Shown here: piece by piece, positions 26,307-27,894 of the stretch | Layout: each line of letters begins with the position of its first letter | How positions within the stretch are numbered: the stretch's first letter is position 1 | DNA from: a virus | Lineage: Duplodnaviria; Caudoviricetes | Direction: 5' to 3' (one strand) | DNA: 27,894 nucleotides | Virus record (IMG/VR): IMGVR_UViG_3300002098_000124 | Location: 1 to 27,894 of that record | The notes under the pieces: generated by a model | What the model was told of the DNA's origin: nothing | The model's database searches: none | What the model saw: only the letters and a program-made list of their open reading frames with translations | Program-made: the position numbers and the translations under genes

Positions 26307-26491
26307 TTCACTCTCCTCTTTGGTTTAACTGCAACAATACCTCGTTCTACTTCAGGTTGTTTCTTTCGTGCTTCAAGCATTAAGTCTGCTACTTGGTAAC
26401 ACATAGCCGCATCTAATTCTTTACTTTCAATAAACTTTCTACTCATCATTGCAAACATAGCAAAGCAATCTCTTAAGTCATTCTCATTCAT
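26303..26491 (-). CDS. Phage protein of the LRDxFA...YxxADxM type
   Basis: DLRDCFAMFAM...CYQVADLMLEAR. Confidence 0.75.
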   Translation of the reverse strand: MNENDLRDCFAMFAMMSRKFIESKELDAAMCYQVADLMLEARKKQPEVERGIVAVKPKRRVK

Positions 26492-26765
26492 ACATCTTTC
26501 CTGTCATTTTTTTGGCAAACTTTTTCCAACTACTTGGACTTACTGCCACATAAAAAATACCATCTCGAACTTTACGACCTACTGTTCCTATGTCTTTAGT
26601 TTTACCAGCCGTTTTTAATATAGCTACTTTGTCTTTAATGTCTTGACATAGTTCATGTTCATCGCATCGAATACGTGCTGGCTTAAACAACTTTCCACCT
26701 AGCATCTCAACTGCACACAACCCATCTACATCAAAGAACTCCACACGAACTGTGCCTAATATCAC
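26484..26765 (-). CDS. Hypothetical protein
   Basis: 93 aa. GTG start behind AAGGAG. First gene after a predicted promoter. Confidence 0.7.
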   Translation of the reverse strand: MILGTVRVEFFDVDGLCAVEMLGGKLFKPARIRCDEHELCQDIKDKVAILKTAGKTKDIGTVGRKVRDGIFYVAVSPSSWKKFAKKMTGKMYE

Positions 26766-26797
26766 TCTTACTCCTTGTTTTTCTTGGTTTTACAAAC

Positions 26798-26826
26798 ATA
26801 GTAATCCTTGTCTTTAACAAAGTCAA
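26798..26826 (-). promoter_or_regulatory. sigma70 promoter for the polA/glycosylation operon
   Basis: TTGACT (26826-26821)-17 nt-TACTAT (26803-26798), located in an intergenic gap. Confidence 0.75.
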
Positions 26827-26827
26827 T

Positions 26828-27217
26828 CTAGGGATTTACCCCTATTACTTTCTTGCTATGTTCTTTTGAGAATCCACTTTCAATAGTAGAAACTACATAC
26901 GGAAACTCTAAACTCCAACCATCATCTCCCCAAGCATCTTCATGTACATCATCTGTTTCCTCACCAACACGAGCATATTTACCAGCATAGCCATCATCGT
27001 AATCCTCGGCTAAATTCATCACTCGAGTTAAGGCTGATTCAGATTCTTCATACCACTTCCATGAGTCAGCTTCAAAGTGTAATAGTCCATCAGAATCCAA
27101 CCACATGTTGTTTAAGAATTCATTGATTACCTCATTACCTTCTATTTTTAACAAGGCAACAAATGACTCAGGTTGTTTTACTGAAAGGCAAAATGCTACG
27201 ACTGATCTATACCCCAT
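26828..27217 (-). CDS. Acidic hypothetical phage protein
   Basis: MGYRS start behind GGAGG. WKWY and ARVGEETDD motifs. Confidence 0.75.
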   Translation of the reverse strand: MGYRSVVAFCLSVKQPESFVALLKIEGNEVINEFLNNMWLDSDGLLHFEADSWKWYEESESALTRVMNLAEDYDDGYAGKYARVGEETDDVHEDAWGDDGWSLEFPYVVSTIESGFSKEHSKKVIGVNP

Positions 27218-27380
27218 TTTTATTTTCCTCCACATCGTATATCTCCACGTCTACATCGTCGGGTTCTCTACCATTTACATCTACTTCCCATACTTTTTCC
27301 TTGGCTTCTTCCCAAGTGTCAGCTTCTACTTCTACTTTGTAATACTGTTTGTGTATTACCCATCCTGTCCATGTTTTCAT
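27207..27380 (-). CDS. 57-aa acidic hypothetical protein
   Basis: MKTWTG...VEVEADTWEEAKEKV. AAGGAG RBS. Confidence 0.7.
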   Translation of the reverse strand: MKTWTGWVIHKQYYKVEVEADTWEEAKEKVWEVDVNGREPDDVDVEIYDVEENKNGV

Positions 27381-27390
27381 TTCTCTCTCC

Positions 27391-27894
27391 TTAGAACATT
27401 GCCAAGATTTCATCAACCTTGGATTTAACGGAACTACGAATAGCCTCTGACTCACGTACATCATCAGGCGCAACACCCACCAAAGCCTTCTCCAACTTCA
27501 TACGTGCTTGCTCTAGCTTGGGGTCATTGGTTACGTTTAGCTTGGTTAGCAACGAGCATAGTTCAGATGCATTGGTGATAGTTGTATCGTAGAACTTTTT
27601 CTTCTTCTCATCTGTGAAATCAAGACGATCACTCATATGCTTTAGGGTTTCATGCAAGCGTGTCCATGCTTCGCCCATTGCATCGTTCAACTTAGTTTCA
27701 TAGAAGTTCTTGTACTGAGCTTCTAGTTCTTTTTTGGCTTCTTCTTCAACCTCTACTCGGAAGTCACCCACATCAGGCACAGGCGCAAACACATAACGAA
27801 AACCAAACTTGCAACGTAAGTCATCAGCTAAAGGATATTCCTTACGATCAAACAACGCACCAAGCGTAAACGCAGAAGAAGAAACCAGATCGGA
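27391..27894 (-). CDS. DUF3150-like phage protein, 5'-truncated by the window edge
   Basis: Frame open to the window end. LGALFDRKEYP...KF.F and LNVTNDPKLE motifs. Confidence 0.65.
   Translation of the reverse strand, partial: SDLVSSSAFTLGALFDRKEYPLADDLRCKFGFRYVFAPVPDVGDFRVEVEEEAKKELEAQYKNFYETKLNDAMGEAWTRLHETLKHMSDRLDFTDEKKKKFYDTTITNASELCSLLTKLNVTNDPKLEQARMKLEKALVGVAPDDVRESEAIRSSVKSKVDEILAMF

Larger units (their letters stand above)
1..27894. mobile_element. Tailed dsDNA bacteriophage genome fragment (virion-protein arm convergent on a replication arm)
   Basis: Phage-type PolA, primase-helicase, SNF2 helicase, Cas4-like nuclease, VRR-NUC and large polyvalent virion protein. Dense small ORFs with ATGA/TAATG overlaps. 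No cellular housekeeping genes. Confidence 0.95.

Noticed and set aside
11302-27428. Plus-strand and off-frame ORFs within the minus-strand arm (for example 11302-11577, 15919-16239, 17981-18265, 23125-23388, 23730-24116)
   Set aside because: Shadows of well-supported genes, with no recognisable motifs.
1-27894. Stop-codon reassignment
   Set aside because: TAA, TAG and TGA all end genes, and coding density is high under the standard code.

Overview
The whole window looks like a fragment of a tailed dsDNA phage genome (Caudoviricetes, podovirus-like layout). No host housekeeping genes, tRNA/rRNA, CRISPR array or integrase were seen. Bases 1-9457 (+) encode three Gly/Ala/Gln-rich putative internal virion (ejected) proteins and an 1813-aa polyvalent protein with an HExxH metallopeptidase motif and an LPD38-like C-terminus. 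These converge at a C(UUCG)G terminator on a tightly coupled minus-strand early/replication arm. That arm holds a primase-helicase (DUF927 type), HTH, SSB-like protein, SNF2 helicase, degenerate HNH, Cas4-like nuclease, family A DNA polymerase (Leu762 type), DUF6378-like protein and VRR-NUC. Between the polymerase and the nuclease lies a five-enzyme glycan-building cassette: GT10 fucosyltransferase, radical SAM/SPASM, FkbM-type methyltransferase and two GT-A glycosyltransferases. The three largest non-coding gaps of the left replication arm look like regulatory RNAs. One is a promoter/terminator-bounded ~57-nt candidate sRNA complementary to the RBS of three replication genes. One is a pseudoknot-like leader on the primase. 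One is a ~210-nt multi-stem leader on the helicase. Six microprotein ORFs missing from the ORF track were found by hand. All family calls come from motif recognition, with no database search.
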